DNA from: Squalus acanthias
Taxonomy: Eukaryota
DNA: 64,000 nt
Direction: 5' to 3'
Assembly (NCBI GenBank): GCA_030390025.1
Contig: CM059432.1
Span: forward strand, 94,676,001 to 94,740,000
The position numbers and the translations under genes are program-made. Below are positions 1-12,860 of the stretch, piece by piece. Every line of letters starts with the position of its first letter. Position 1 is the stretch's first letter. A model generated the notes under the pieces. That model was given only the letters and a program-made list of their open reading frames with translations. It did not search any database and was not told the DNA's origin.

Positions 1-1372
1 GGGGAAGAGAGAATCGAAGGAGGAGGAGGAGAGAGGATTGAAGGGGGAGAGAGAGAGAATCGAAAGAGGGGAAGAGAGGATCGAAGGGGGAAAGAGAGGA
101 TCGAAGGAGGAGGAAAGAGAATCGAAGGAGGAGGAGGAGAGAGGATTGAAGGGGGAGAGAGAGAGAATCGAAAGAGGGGAAGAGAGGATCGAAGGGGGAG
201 AGAGAGAGGATCGAAGGGGGAGAGAGAGAGAATCGAAAGAGGGGAAGAGAGGATCGAAGGGGGAGAGAGAGAGAATCGAAAGAGGGGAAGAGAGGATCGA
301 AGGGGGAAAGAGAGAGGATCGAAGGAGGAGGAGAGAGGATCGAAGGAGGAGGAGATAGGATCGAAGGGGGAAAGAGAGGATCGAAGGGGGAAAGAGAGAG
401 GATCGAAAGAGGGGAAGAGAGGATCGAAGGGAGAGAGAGAGAGGATCGAAGGGGGAGAGAGAGAGGATCGAAGGGGGAGAGAGAGAGGATCGAAGGGGGA
501 GAGAGAGAGGATCGAAGGGGGAGAGAGAGAGGATCGAAAGAGGAGGAGAGAGGATCGAAGGGGGAGAGAGAGAGGATCGAAGGGGGAGAGAGAGAGGATC
601 GAAGGGGGAGAGAGAGAGGATCGAAGGGGGAGAGAGAGAGGATCGAAGGGAGAGAGAGAGGATCGAAGGGGGAGAGAGAGAGGATCGAAGGGGGAGAGAG
701 AGGATCGAAGGGGGAGAGAGAGAGGATCGAAGGAGGGGGAGAGAGAGGATCGAAGGGGGAGAGAGAGAGGATCGAAGGAGGGGGAAAGAGGATCGAAGGG
801 GGAGAAAGAGAGAATCGAAAGAGGGGAAGAGAGGATCGAAGGGAGAGAGAGAGAGGATCGAAAGAGGGAGAGAGGATCGAAGGGGGAAGAGAGAGAGGAT
901 CGAAGGGGGAGAGAGAGAGGATTGAAGGAGGGGGAGAGGATCGAAGGGGGAGAGAGGATCAAAGGGGGAGAGAGAGGATCAAAGGGGGAGAGAGAGGATC
1001 AAAGGGGGAGAGAGAGAGGATCGAAGGGGGAGAAAGAGAGGATCGAAGGGGGGAGAGAGAGGATCGAAGTGGGGGAGAGAGAGGATCAAAGGGGGAGAGA
1101 GAGAGAGAGGATCGAAGGGGGAGAAAGAGAGGATCGAAGGGGGGAGAGAGAGGATCGAAGTGGAGGGAGAGAGAGGATCGAAAGAGGGAGAGAGGATCGA
1201 AGGGGGAAGAGAGAGAGGATCGAAGGGGGAGAGAGAGGATCGAAGGGGGAAGAGAGAGAGGATCGAAGGGGGAGAGAGAGGATCAAAGGGGGAGAGAGAG
1301 AGGATCGAAGGGGGGAGAGAGAGGATCGAAGTGGGGGGAGAGAGAGGATCGAAGGGTGAGAGAGAGAGAGAT
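1..1372. repeat. Purine-rich minisatellite, ~20-bp unit GAGGATCGAAGGGGG(AG)n
   Basis: Dozens of tandem copies of a GGATCGAAG core with variable GA tracts; the ORFs here are low-complexity artefacts. Confidence 0.95.
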
Positions 1373-1774
1373 GAGCTCGGAGGGGGGAGAGGAGGTCAGG
1401 AGCTTTGGGGAGAGAGGTCAGGAACCCGGTGGCGGGGCGGGGAGGGCCGGTAAAGAACATGGAGAGCACAGTGGGGATGGGGGAAGAACGTGGTCCAGGT
1501 CTAAAGTGGGGGTGTGAGCAGGAACGTGATCCAGATGGGAAGACAGATCATGTTCTTCCAACACCACCTCCACCCCCTTTACACCCGCACCACATTCTCC
1601 CTCTCCTCCCCCTGGATCTGGTTGATTTCTCGGAAAGCTCATATGTGTGGCAAGTGACATCATAGGACTGGACGAAATCCGGAAGTCATGACACTGCAAC
1701 TATTCACTTCATACCCAATAAACCTGTTAACAATCTGTGACCCACACACAATATCCCATCTTTGGGGACGGTGG

Positions 1775-1970
1775 AAGGTCAGGAACTTGTTGCGGGGCAG
1801 TCAGTAACTTGGGCAGGGGGAAAAAGTCATGATCTTGGCGGGGGAGGTGGGGAGCGGGAGAAGGTCAGGAACTCGGGTGGGGGTTGAAGGTCAGGAACTT
1901 GTTTGGGAGGGAAAAGGTCAGAAACTAAGGGGGTGCAGGTTAGGAACTTGTTAGGGGGGCAGGAATTTGT
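1775..1970. repeat. Degenerate spaced repeats of GGTCAGGAACT with G-run spacers
   Basis: Motif (aa)ggtcaggaact recurs about 7 times, separated by G tracts. Confidence 0.6.
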
Positions 1971-2143
1971 TTGTGGGGAGGGGGGGAACGAAGGTCCTAA
2001 CCCGCGAGGGTGAGCCCTGTCTGTTCTGAGCTTTGTCTGGAGCCTGCCAGTCAGAATGAATAGCTCGAATTACACATTGCGAAGAACTTGATTACTTAGG
2101 CAGGCAGGATCTAATTACGCATTCCAGATAAACTGCTGAGTGT

Positions 2144-2211
2144 GTCTTGTCCTCCAAGGGGACCAATCAGAAATCTGGTCTTGTCCTCCAAGGGGACCAA
2201 TCAGAAATCTG
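2144..2211. repeat. Perfect 34-bp tandem duplication
   Basis: GTCTTGTCCTCCAAGGGGACCAATCAGAAATCTG x2. Confidence 0.9.
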
Positions 2212-2329
2212 GTGTTGCGGTGAAGGTTTTAACCTGTTTTGCAACTGTAGCTTTGGTAGCAATGCAAAGACAATTAATTTTACATGTACTTTCTATAACT
2301 GAGGGAGCTATATTGCAAACAGTGAGATA

Positions 2330-2520
2330 AAAAGGCAAGTATTGAATTTTGGAAATCAGAAATAAAAACAGAAACTGCTGGAAATGCACAGCAGGCAGTT
2401 AGCATCTGAAAGAGAATGAAGGGTTAGAATTTCAGGTGGGACCCATCATCAGAACCTCTTCACCAGCTACCTGACTGACTGACTGACTTGCTGCGTATTT
2501 GAATATTTCCATTTTTGTCT
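2330..2520 (-). mobile_element. Short fold-back Penelope terminal-repeat remnant
   Basis: Reverse complement matches the 3' end of the Penelope at 5650-5790, including a degenerate CTGATGA...GAAA core; a same-strand partial copy follows. Confidence 0.65.
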
Positions 2521-3589
2521 ATTTCTGTAAACTGTGAATCAGGACGCGATTTGCTTCAAAAGATGCCGAAGGTACGGCGACAACAGAAGATTTTTCTTCC
2601 TAATCGAGCATAATGAAAGATTGATGGCAAAGATTGGGAGCCATAGCAGCATCTGTAATGAAAATTCAGGCTCCAATAACAAAGCACAATAGAAAAACTC
2701 ACAAAACAATCCTGCAGACTACAAAGTATGAAAAATAAATGCTGTCTGGGAAAATATACACGCGATTCAGATAATGCTCTGACAATGCTGTGCTGATGTA
2801 CTGACATCACTAGCACATGCATTTGCAAAGGAAGAGATGGATTTTAAAAGATGATGTTAGATTAGTGTTGTTATAAAATCATCCAACAGCAAATGTAAGT
2901 ATTTTATTGATAATTCCGGAGCTGCTGGTGTTTTCTTATGGCTCAGGCGGCTCCAGATCAGTGCCTTAGGCCTGCCTGAAGCATCAGCTGCCGTTAAAAT
3001 CAATGAGACCACTCCAGGAGGCACATGGGCCAATCATGTAACCTGCATTACTGCAGCAACCCAGAAAAGGAGTACAAACTGCAAATGACTGAATGAGGAG
3101 AAAATACAGCGAAGAGTCAACATACAATAGAGAAAAAGCATTTTGATTTTTTAAATATTTTTAAGGGGAGAGATGAGGAAGCACTTTATATTTAAAAAAA
3201 TCCTCCCCTCATTCTTTGCTTCTCCTTTAAAGATCAAAAATGTTACTATTCAGGGGGACTGCAGATTACAAAATAAAACAAAACTACGTCTGACAGCGGT
3301 ACAAAGAAGGAAATATGAAAATGTCATATAAAACACAGCTTTTTATCAAGGAGACATTAAGCTAGGTTTAACAAAGAAGACAGGCTGCAGGATCACTCTA
3401 CAATTCCAATATATCAGTTCCTGATCTGATTCAGACCACCAGAGACTATGCCAAGCAGAAGTGTAGTACTTCCTCAGAGTGAAGGACAGAAAAATCACAG
3501 GAATGGAAAGTCAGCCAGTGCTGCTGTCAATCAAGAGTAAGCCCTTTTTTTTGCTATCATATGGCTCATTGTGTGTTCCCAGAGATCCT

Positions 3590-3955
3590 TTGTTGGGCCC
3601 ATGGTCAGTGGTAAGTCAACAGATTTCAGCCAGGGCGACAGTAGAACTGCTGCTATTGTCCTCAGTACCCCTGAGCTTAGGAAGGAGAGATCGACTGGAG
3701 TTCACACTCTTGATCACATTGAAAATTCATTGGTTCAAATTCCACATGTGTGTGCTTGGACTTTAGATGACAACATCATGCTCAGCTGCAAGGCATTCCA
3801 CAGATATAACCTGCTGACACTCACTATCTAGATTCACAGTCACACATGAAGAATGACAATTAGGGAAGGCACTAGAAGGCAGCAGTTGCCCACAGAACCA
3901 CTTCCCAACAAGGGTCAGGGTCATTAGGAGAAGAGAAGAAAAAATAGATGATTGG
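3590..3955 (+). mobile_element. Ancient SINE, AmnSINE2-like
   Basis: Motifs cctgctgacactcactatctag..cacacatgaagaatg; shares sequence with 54175-55385. Family name from recall. Confidence 0.55.
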
Positions 3956-4404
3956 GAGAGGAAGAAAACATTTTTGAAAAACACCTAAGAATAGGGAATT
4001 TCAAGTACTCTGTGGTGTGAAGGGATCTAAAAAGCAAAGAGAAAGGGGAAATTTTTTTTTCCAAAAAGAGGAAATAGATAAAGAAAAAAATTCCTTATAA
4101 CATCTGCTCTATGAGATTGTTCAATTTTATTAAAGCAGGGCACAGTTAAAAACAAGTGTTGCAATTAATCATTTTAAATTAATGCTGGTCTTGCCAGTGG
4201 CACCTATATCCTGAGAATGAATTAAAAAAATAGTTGGGGTTTCTTACATGTCTCTCTGTTCACACTTCATGATTACACCAGTATAATTACATTCAAGCTG
4301 TTCAAACATGTATAAGTGGGGCAGATAAGAATTAATTATTACGGGGAAATGTTTTACTTGGATACAAACAGAACTTTCCTATAAACATTGAGAGTAACAA
4401 ATTC

Positions 4405-5794
4405 TGACAATCTCTGACTCTTCCCTTCCCTTCCTCGACTTCTCTGTCTCCATCTCTGGGGATAGGCTATTGATAAACATTCACTATAAGCCCACTGACT
4501 CCCACAGCTACCTGGACTACACTTCCTCCCACCCCGCTTCCTGTAAGGACTCTATTCCATCCTCCCAGTTTCTCCGTCTCCGCCGCATCTGCTCTGACGA
4601 TGCCACCTTCCATACCAGTGCTTCCAACAAGTCTTTCTTTTTCCTCAACCGAGGATTCCCCTCTACTGTGGTTGACACGGCCCTCGACCGTGTCCGTTTT
4701 ATTTCCCGCACCTCTGCTCTCACCCCTTCCCCTCCCTCCCAGAACCACGATAGGGTTCCCCTTGTCCTCACCTTTCACCCCACCAGCCTCCACATTCAAC
4801 GGATCATCCTCCACAATTTCCGCCACCTCCAGCGTGATCCCACCACCAAACACATCTTTCCCTCACCTCCCCTTTCAGTATTCTGAAGGGACCGCTCCCT
4901 CTGCGACACCCTGGTCCACTCCTCTATCACCCCCAACACCCCTTCCCCTTCGCCCGGCACCTTCACGTGCAAGTGCATGAGATGCAACACATGCCCTTTT
5001 ACTTCCTCCCTTCCAACTGTCCAGGGCCCCAAACACTCCTTCCAGGTGAAACAACGACTTACTTGTACTTCTCGCAATTTAGTATACTGTATTCGCTGCT
5101 CATGATGGGATCTCCTCTACATTGGGGAGACCAAACGCAGATTGGGTGACCGCTTTGCGAAACACCTCCGTTCAGTCCATAAGGGTGACCCTGAGCTTCC
5201 GGTCGCCTGTCACTTTAATTCTCCGCTCTACTCCCACTCTGATCTCTCTGTCCTCGGCCTCTTACATTGTTCCAACGAAGCTGAACGTAAGCTCGAGCAA
5301 CAGCACCTCATCTCTTTCAATTAGGCACTTTATATCCTTCTGGACTCAACATCGAGTTCAACAATTTCAGACCATAACCTCTGCCCCTATCTTTTTTTTC
5401 ATTTTTTTTTCTCTCTCACATGGCAGCTGTCGATCATTCTGCCATTGCCATTTATACTTCATCTAGAGTCATCTTTTGTTTCTTAACTTGTCCCATTACC
5501 ATCTCCTTTTGCCTTGCACCATCATCCCTTTTGTCTCTTAATCTCTCCTGCCTTCCATCCTATCACAGACCTTCCCTTTTGTTCTTTCCTCCCCTCCCCC
5601 TTTCCCTGCCCCTACACTTGCTTAAAAACCTGTTCCATCTCCAACTTTTTCCAGTTCTGACGAAGGGTCATCGACCTGAAACGTTAACTCTGTTTCTCTT
5701 TCCACAGATGCTGCCTGACCTGCTGAGTATTTCCAGCATTTTCTGTTTTTATTTCAGATTTCCAGCATCTGCAGTATTTTGCTTTTGTATTGTG
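4405..5794 (+). mobile_element. 5'-truncated Penelope-like retroelement (RT C-terminus + GIY-YIG endonuclease, decayed)
   Basis: Translates to YKPTDSHSYLDYTSSHP..SQFLRLRRICS and VYCIRC..YIGETKRRLGDRF..HL..PVACHFN. 16-bp TSD TGAGAGTAACAAATTC at 4389-4404 and 5795-5810. Confidence 0.93.
5653..5689 (+). ncRNA. Minimal type I hammerhead ribozyme in the Penelope terminal repeat
   Basis: AGTT-CTGACGA-AGGGTCATCGACCT-GAAAC-GTT-AACT: conserved core, stem II GGTC/GACC, stem I AGTT/AACT. Confidence 0.75.
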
Positions 5795-5906
5795 TGAGAG
5801 TAACAAATTCATGGGAGAACATTATAATTTCCAATTGATTTGCATGCAAACTGATTTAGTGGTTCTCAGATTTGCAAATGTTACACAGTAAATGGGTTTC
5901 AATGTA

Positions 5907-6387
5907 CAGGAAACTCTTTATTAACCGGCACCGACGGGACCGGCGTGGTGCCGGTTTATCAAAAATTTCGGATAACGGAGAGTTATATCTACCAAGGTAC
6001 GAGAGCCCCGTACATGGCCACAGATCCAGGAGTCCCTGGTGCACGGCCACAGGTGCAGGAACCCCGGTCACATTAAAGAATTTTCTTTTGAGTAGCCAGC
6101 TTTTTTTGATTTAAAAAGTACTATGTACAAACCTTAACCTTTGGTCTCAAAGAGTATGTGTGGTGCCCTCGATCACAGCCATCACACAACAGCATGTTTT
6201 ATGCATCTCCCTTCTTGTGACAGATCTTACAGCGATCTTACAGCGAGCATTCAGCAAAGACTTGGCCCATATAATGCTACGATCCAGTGTAGAGAGATGA
6301 AGGAAAACCCCGGTTACCTACTCAAGAATTTTGCCGGTTAAGAGAGATTTCCGGATATTTGGGTGCCGGTTAATAAAGAGTTTCCTG
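5907..6387. mobile_element. Tc1/mariner (Tigger/pogo-like) MITE
   Basis: Perfect 26-bp TIR CAGGAAACTCTTTATTAACCGGCACC; TA on both flanks. Confidence 0.9.
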
Positions 6388-7107
6388 TATATACATATTG
6401 AAGTTGGCAGACTTCTAGTCCTTTAAAACTTTGCATTAAAAGTGAAATATTGGACTTTTGAAACAAATTCAAAACTTGAAAGGAAAATGTATACAACTGA
6501 ATACCTAATCTGTACACCTGTCAATGTCTCCCATAGCTTGTAGTTTATATTGGGGAGTTGTTTTGAAATCAATCTTTACAACTATTTTCTTCAGTGCTGA
6601 TATCATCCTCCATGATCTGGGAAAAGTACATATAGTCAAGCAGTAATGAAATAGCTGTGTAGAAAAGCATTTCAGCCAGTCATCTCAGGCCCTGTCTTTT
6701 GGCAGCCTTTGCTTCTGACAGCAGTGCCTCCTGGTGTTTACAGCAAAAAGCAAAAATCAAACTGCTTTCGGATGCAAATCTGAATAGCACCAATATTGGT
6801 AGTGGCCACCAACTCCAGTAACAGCTCGAGTGTTGTTAATTAGGAGTTTACAACAGTGGCAAACTGTACTATAATATAAAAGTGGTATTAGTTGCTCCTT
6901 GTTATCATATTTTTGCTTGAACATTGCTGCTTAGAAACAGTCTAGCAGCAAATACTTTGTGTAAATGTTCCTCAACCTTAGAACATGAATTTCTACTCAA
7001 GTGACATTGTGAATAGGAACAGCAAGCAGTAGGAAGAAAATTACAGATACAGTACCGCCCTTTGCAACACTTTATGTAACAATTCAGTGGACAACACCCC
7101 ATTTAAT

Positions 7108-7878
7108 GGTCTGGAATTTGCAGTTGGGATGACGGCAAACTGGCAGCGTTTGTCGTCATTCCGCCTTTGAAATTGACCGCAACTTCAGGATTTGGGGAAA
7201 TCCTGAAGTTGCGGTCTGTCAATGACAGCTCCAAAACTAGCCGCACTGTGCCCCCCACCCCCTTCGCCCCCACAGAGCCGGCAATCTGTGTAATCAGCCA
7301 AATCGGGGAAACTGGTGAAAACTTCATCTCTTCCGCAGTAATACCACTGTTCAATTCCCCACTCAAAGTTAGACCCAAAGGGATTAGGTGTAACTGGGAT
7401 TTTGACAGCGTTATTAATGCTAAACAAATGTTAAGAGCCTGGAAAACTAATTTTAATTTTATGCAGTGTGAAATTTGTCCATTTTAATAAAAATTAAAAT
7501 TAAGAAACTTTTCCAAAAAATGTTTTACTTTTTTTTAAATGTTTGTTCATCTTTATTTCAGGTTTGCCTTTTCCCCATGTGAGAGCCCCAATCTTTGTTT
7601 TGCTCTCTCTAACATTTTAAAAATGTTAGAATTTTAAAAGCTTACCCACTTCCTTCTTCGCTGTCTGTGAGAAATTTGCATTATGATTGGCTGCTTAGTC
7701 AGCCTGTTGATATCACAGCAGTTCACACAAGGGGATCCCCACTATACTTCATTGATTTGAATTAAAAATCAGAAAACCCAAAGTTCTCGACACAGGGATC
7801 GCGAGATCCTTGTGCGAAGCATAGTTCAGGGCCAGCAGAGAACGCCTTCGCTTCGCTGCTGACTGCAAATTCTGGGCC
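7108..7878. mobile_element. Harbinger-type MITE (family 1)
   Basis: TIRs GGTCTGGAATTTGCAGT / GGCCCAGAATTTGCAGT; 3-bp TSD AAT. Confidence 0.8.
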
Positions 7879-8039
7879 AATGTTTTCCTATAACTACATT
7901 ATGGTGTGTATTTTAAATATCACTCAGAACACTAATTGCATGCTGAATGTGGCATATATTTAGATAGTTTTACCATCTACAAGTCAGAGGTGTTGAGCAT
8001 AAAAAGCACAGTTCATAACAAAACGATTACAATGGAAAA

Positions 8040-8425
8040 AGAAAACACTTATATTTATATAGCAGCTTTCACAACCTCAGAATGTCCCAAAAGCACTTTA
8101 CAGCCAATTAAGTACTTTTGAAGTGTAGTCACTGCTGTAATGTAGGAAACGCAGCAGCCAATCTGCGCACAGCGAAGTCCCACAAACAGCAATGTGATAA
8201 TTACCAGATAATCTGTTTTAGTGATGTTGGTTGAGGGATAAATATTGTCCAGGACACAGGGAAGAACTCCCCTGCATTCTTCGAAATAGTGCCATGGGTC
8301 TTTTATGTCCACCTGAGAGGGCAGATGGGGCCTTGTTTTAATGACTTATCCGTATTGCACCAATGTGTCAGCCTAGATTTTGTGCTCAAGTCTTTGGAGT
8401 GGGACTTGAACCCACAATCAGCTCA
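8040..8425 (-). mobile_element. DeuSINE (SacSINE1-like)
   Basis: Deu-domain motif aaagacccatggcactatttcgaag..ggggagttctt..gtgtcctgg with an L2-like tail; tRNA B-box gggttcaagtccc. Confidence 0.8.
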
Positions 8426-8461
8426 ACTACAATGGACTCGTCCTTTCTTTCATTCCTAAGA

Positions 8462-9195
8462 ATAACATAAGAACATAAGAATTAGGAGCAGGAGTAAGCC
8501 ATATGGTCCTTCAAGCCTGCTCCGCCATTCAATAAGATCATGGCTGATCTTCGATCTCAACTCCACTTTCCCGCCCGATCCCCATATCCCTTGATTCCCC
8601 TAGAGTCCAAAAATCTATCTATCTCAGCCTTGAATATACTCAACGACTCAGCATCCACAGCCCTTTGGGGTAGAGAATTCCAGAGATTCACAACCCTCTG
8701 AGTGAAGAAATTTTTCCTCATTTCAGTCTTAAATGGCTGACCCCTTATCCTGAGACTATGCCCCCTAGTTCTAGACTCTCCAGCAAGGGGAAACAACCTC
8801 TCAGCATCTACCCAATTCCATGCTAATATATTACCCCCAACCCCATGAGCCCTTATCTTGCCTAGCAACCTTTTATGTGGCATCTTATCAAATGCCTTTT
8901 GCAAATCCAAATATACTACATCCACTGGCTCCCCTTTATCTACTCTCCTGGTTACATCCTCAAAAAACTCAAATAAATTTGTTAAACACGATTTCCCTTT
9001 CATAAAACCATGTTGACTCTGCCTAATCATATTATCATTTTCTAAGTGCCCTGTTACCACTTCCTTAATAATAGATTCCAGCATTTTCCCAATGACTGAT
9101 GTTAGGCTGACTGCCTATGGCTCGAATAGCGGGTTTACATATGCTATCTTTCAATCCGTTAGGACCGTTCTAGAATCTAGGGAATTTTGGAATGT
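8462..9195 (-). mobile_element. CR1 LINE 3' fragment with internal deletion
   Basis: RT motifs QHGFMKGKSCLTNL and YLDLQKAFDK joined directly to the C-terminal RTRGHSLR; (TTCTTATG)n tail. Confidence 0.9.
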
Positions 9196-10084
9196 ATGTA
9201 ACTTGTATGTGCAAGCTCTGAATTATATCATTCTTATCTACTTATTTTTTTAATTGATGCAAAAAAAAATGCTTTTCTAATGTGGGAAAACTGTCATTTA
9301 TGACTACCAAGCATAGATTTTTTAATACTATGAAAATTAAAGAGGCTGCTATACATATGAGTTCATATGGGATAGGTTTTTACTCAGACTATTCTCTTCC
9401 TTACAATGGCATAATTTAAACCAGTGACTAAACTGCTGATTCTGTTTGATAAAAGCTATGGTACAATTATTGTCCACACAGTCTAACACATTTTGTGAAA
9501 ATAGTGAATGAACTTATTTGATTTCTATGAAAAATACTGTATATCATTTTCCTTATCTTATTTCAAATCAACACGTCCATTCTGTATAATCCCATTGTGT
9601 GATTTACTGTAGACCTTTTACCAAATGCACATTTTGATAGCCTTTGAAGCTAGACTTCATTTGTTGCCAGGCCTACCTAAGCTGTAAAGCACTTACCTTA
9701 TGGAAACACAAATTTATGAATTCAGTTACGTTATGTTTGAAGGACTTTGATTTTTTTGTATTAATTTTTTCGTATATTCTATTCAGAAACAGCAGCACTT
9801 AAGTGAAATGTTATTTATTTCACAAGGAAAAGAGAGATTCAAGCTCCAATAAATATTTGATACTGTTCTCAAAGCTTTTTGTCCACACCCAAGTTTACAT
9901 CAAAGGAAACATCAACTTCAAACATATCATTGAAAGGAGGAGCTTCTGTTAGTAAATATATGTGTAAGATTTCACAACCTATTAAGCTATGCATTGTAAA
10001 AAAGACATTTTCAGCATTCACAATGCAAGTATTTTTTAACCCTCTTGGGGTTGAACAATGTATGTAAGAAAGAACTCTTCCCAC

Positions 10085-10211
10085 CTGTCAGATTGAGGGG
10101 TTGGCCAACTTCTGTCATCATTTCTGAGGAGATGGTATTAGATCCTATTAGTAGACTTCCATCTGCAGCTCTATTTCTTACAGTCCCCTCCAGCATATCA
10201 CCAGCATTCAT
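10085..10211 (-). CDS. Putative early coding exon of an unidentified host gene (exon 10085-10239)
   Basis: Acceptor ttataacag| at 10240, donor ACAG|gtggga at 10084. Only one open frame, (EWSSRGGSR)MNAGDMLEGTVRNRAADGSLLIGSNTISSEMMTEVGQPLNLT. Non-repetitive context downstream of the CpG-rich region. Confidence 0.5.
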
Positions 10212-10958
10212 CCTGCTCCCTCCTCTGGAGGACCACTCACTGTTATAAGAATCAAATTAAAGAATTTCCTTCGGTTCATTGAATTATACATCAAATAGGT
10301 GCTAGACATTGTTCAGCTTATTCTCAAGGACTTAATTAAAGTTAATCACATAGTTCAGTTAGTAGTCACAGGTGCAGTACTCATTTCCTTGGCCTTTTAT
10401 AAGAAAACTTGAGACATTTAGGAAACAAAAGTGAAAGGCACTACAACTGCCCATCTCAAAAATATGTTTGTTGACATGCTTCTAAAACACAGTCCATCCA
10501 TATTATTAAATATTAGATTAATTTGAATATGTGAAATTTGATACACAACTGACAAAAAGGGCCACTGATGGACAGAGAGAAAAAACATATCATAATTATG
10601 TGCTATAAATTGAAAAGTTGTACACTGAATACCTTAAAACTGTTAATCAAATAGCTTCCCTTCAAAACAGAGACCATGTGCATTATGCATCACACACAGT
10701 CAGTTTGCCTCAAATACATCAGTTCAGCAAGTGTTCACTAATTAATATTTCATATATCTTTTATTATTGCATTTCAACACTGCTAATTATTTTTCTCCTA
10801 AACACAAGTTAATATCCCATTGAGAATTCCTGCCAGTACTAAGTCCAATATTCCTAACAAAGATAAGTTAATATTTGGTGACAAGAAGTTGCTCACTTAG
10901 TAGAGACTATGTCAGATGCCCAATATTCCAGTTGACTGGTTTAAAAACACTCACTTAC

Positions 10959-11318
10959 ATGTCTTCAATAATTTTACACATGCAGTGCGATGTAACTACA
11001 CACAGGGTGAAGCTTTTACTGTAATTGTAAAGCTGCGTTTTCGAATACAACCTGCGAAACACTGACTCAACAATAATTGTTCTTACTATTGTTATATTCA
11101 GAGGATCGCCAATTTGCATTTCGCCAATTTCTTTCGACCTCTTGGTCAGTTTATTCAATATAATGACTTAACCATCAGCTGAACCGGTCTTCAGTTAAAA
11201 ATTCTGTTTTTTAAAAACGCTCCCTGGATCGAGACAAAACTAAATAAATTTAACTTTAATCTACATATGTAAAAGTGCTTCCGTTCCTCTACAACATGTT
11301 ACTTCCGTATTCAGCAAA
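10959..11318 (-). other. Putative 5' exon 2 of the host gene (UTR or partly coding)
   Basis: Strong acceptor cttcttttcccgcag| and strong donor CAT|gtaagt; alternative acceptor near 11052. Confidence 0.45.
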
Positions 11319-11399
11319 CTGCGGGAAAAGAAGCCAAAAAAACACACCAAGATCGTTAACATTTTCCAACCAATTTCTTGCTCTCCACACTCGATGATC

Positions 11400-12580
11400 C
11401 GAAATGCAGCAACATCTTTCATGCAAACGTACAGAATATTATTGAATGAAACATCTTGTCCGACGCTTGCATAAGGCAGCTCGAGTCGGGGGGGGGCGGG
11501 GGGAGAAACTGCACGGAGCAACAACAAAAAATTAGCCACCAGCAGTTTAAAGAAAAAAAGGAGCGGAGCAATGTGTTAAATTAAAGCAGCAAGAAGTGTG
11601 GACAGACTGGGTCATTAAAGCAAATACCTCCAAACATTGGGAACTCGGGTCAGCGCGGCGGCAGATTCTCCTGGGTTTGCTCCCACAGCGCAGCCAGACA
11701 GTTCAAGGCACGATCTGCCCTTTCGCTCCCGGTGGAGGAAAAACACTTTATAATTTGTCTTAATTGACTTTTTCCAACGACAACAATGCATTTAACAAAT
11801 AGGGAAAGATTATTAAAGAAAACATTTGCAGAAGAGGAATATTTATCAAAATGGCGGAGCGAGGAATATTTACAGCACAGCGATGCACTATTATAGATTA
11901 TCTGAAACATTTGGTGAAAACTGCAGCACAATTCCAAAACACTGGAACTTTAACTGGTAAATATCTGCAAAGTAACATTTCCAAATGTACCACGATGCAA
12001 ACGCTCAGTTATTCCGCAAAGCGGGTGACTTTTTCTTGTTTATATTCGAGTCCATTAGAAATGCAATGTGAAGTGTTATGGAGGAATGTTGTGTGTGTGT
12101 TTTTAAAAAAAACTCAGATGTAGAAAGAAACAATCAGAAAAAAACAGCTGCTCGAAAACGGCGCATTTTGCACCTCTCGAACTACATTTTTATTTTCCTC
12201 ACAAAATTCCCCCCTTTCCCCAAATGATAAATTGTTGAACTAGTTTCAATAGCAAACCAGTCAGCAGCAATTCCGCAGTGAACGTCATTAAAACTAAAGA
12301 CTCTCTGACAGTCAGAGCATCTGGAAGCGGAAAACTGTCAGAAAAGTGTGAAACAAGTCCGTTGCATTATTTAAGTCGGGCGCCTGGCCGCGCCGGGAGA
12401 GTTTTCCTGCTTCTTTTTTTTCTTTCATTTCTAAAATGAGAGAAATAATTTTCAGGTTGAATTTCCTTACCAGTGAGAGCTGTGACACTAGGCCCTTTTC
12501 AGCTGGGAGAGGGAGGCGGGCAGGGTGAGAGCGCAGGCGCGGAGAGCACCCACTGCTGGAGGCAGCAAAGCAACAACTCC
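11400..12580 (-). promoter_or_regulatory. CpG-enriched promoter/first-exon region; exon 1 donor at 12470
   Basis: Unique sequence with many CpGs against a CpG-poor background; GC-box-like ggcggg; donor CTG|gtaagg on the minus strand. Confidence 0.55.
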
Positions 12581-12860
12581 ACCTGGCACTCAGCAAAAGA
12601 AAGAGAAAGCAAAGATGTGTGGATCCACCTGGCACTGAGCAAAAGAGGGAGAGAGAAAGCAAAGATGTGTGGATCCACCTGGCACTGAGCAAAAGAGAGA
12701 GAGAGAAAGCAAAGATGTGTGGATCCACCTGGCACTGAGCAAAAGAGAGAGAGAGAGAAAGCAAAGATGTGTGGATCCACCTGGCACTGAGCAAAAGAGA
12801 GAGAGAGAAAGCAAAGATGTGTGGATCCACCTGGCACTGAGCAAAAGAGGGAGAAGCAAG
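12579..12860. repeat. ~50-bp minisatellite, about 5.5 copies
   Basis: Unit CCACCTGGCACTGAGCAAAAG(AG)nAAAGCAAAGATGTGTGGAT. Confidence 0.92.

Noticed and set aside
38..1469. Arg/Glu/Gly-rich ORFs
   Set aside because: Translations of a simple repeat lacking stop codons.
6517..6621. Possible minus-strand exon (SWRMISALKKIVVKIDFKTTPQYKLQAMGDID)
   Set aside because: Weak donor, and its open frame is phase-incompatible with the exon ending at 10085; no recognisable homology.
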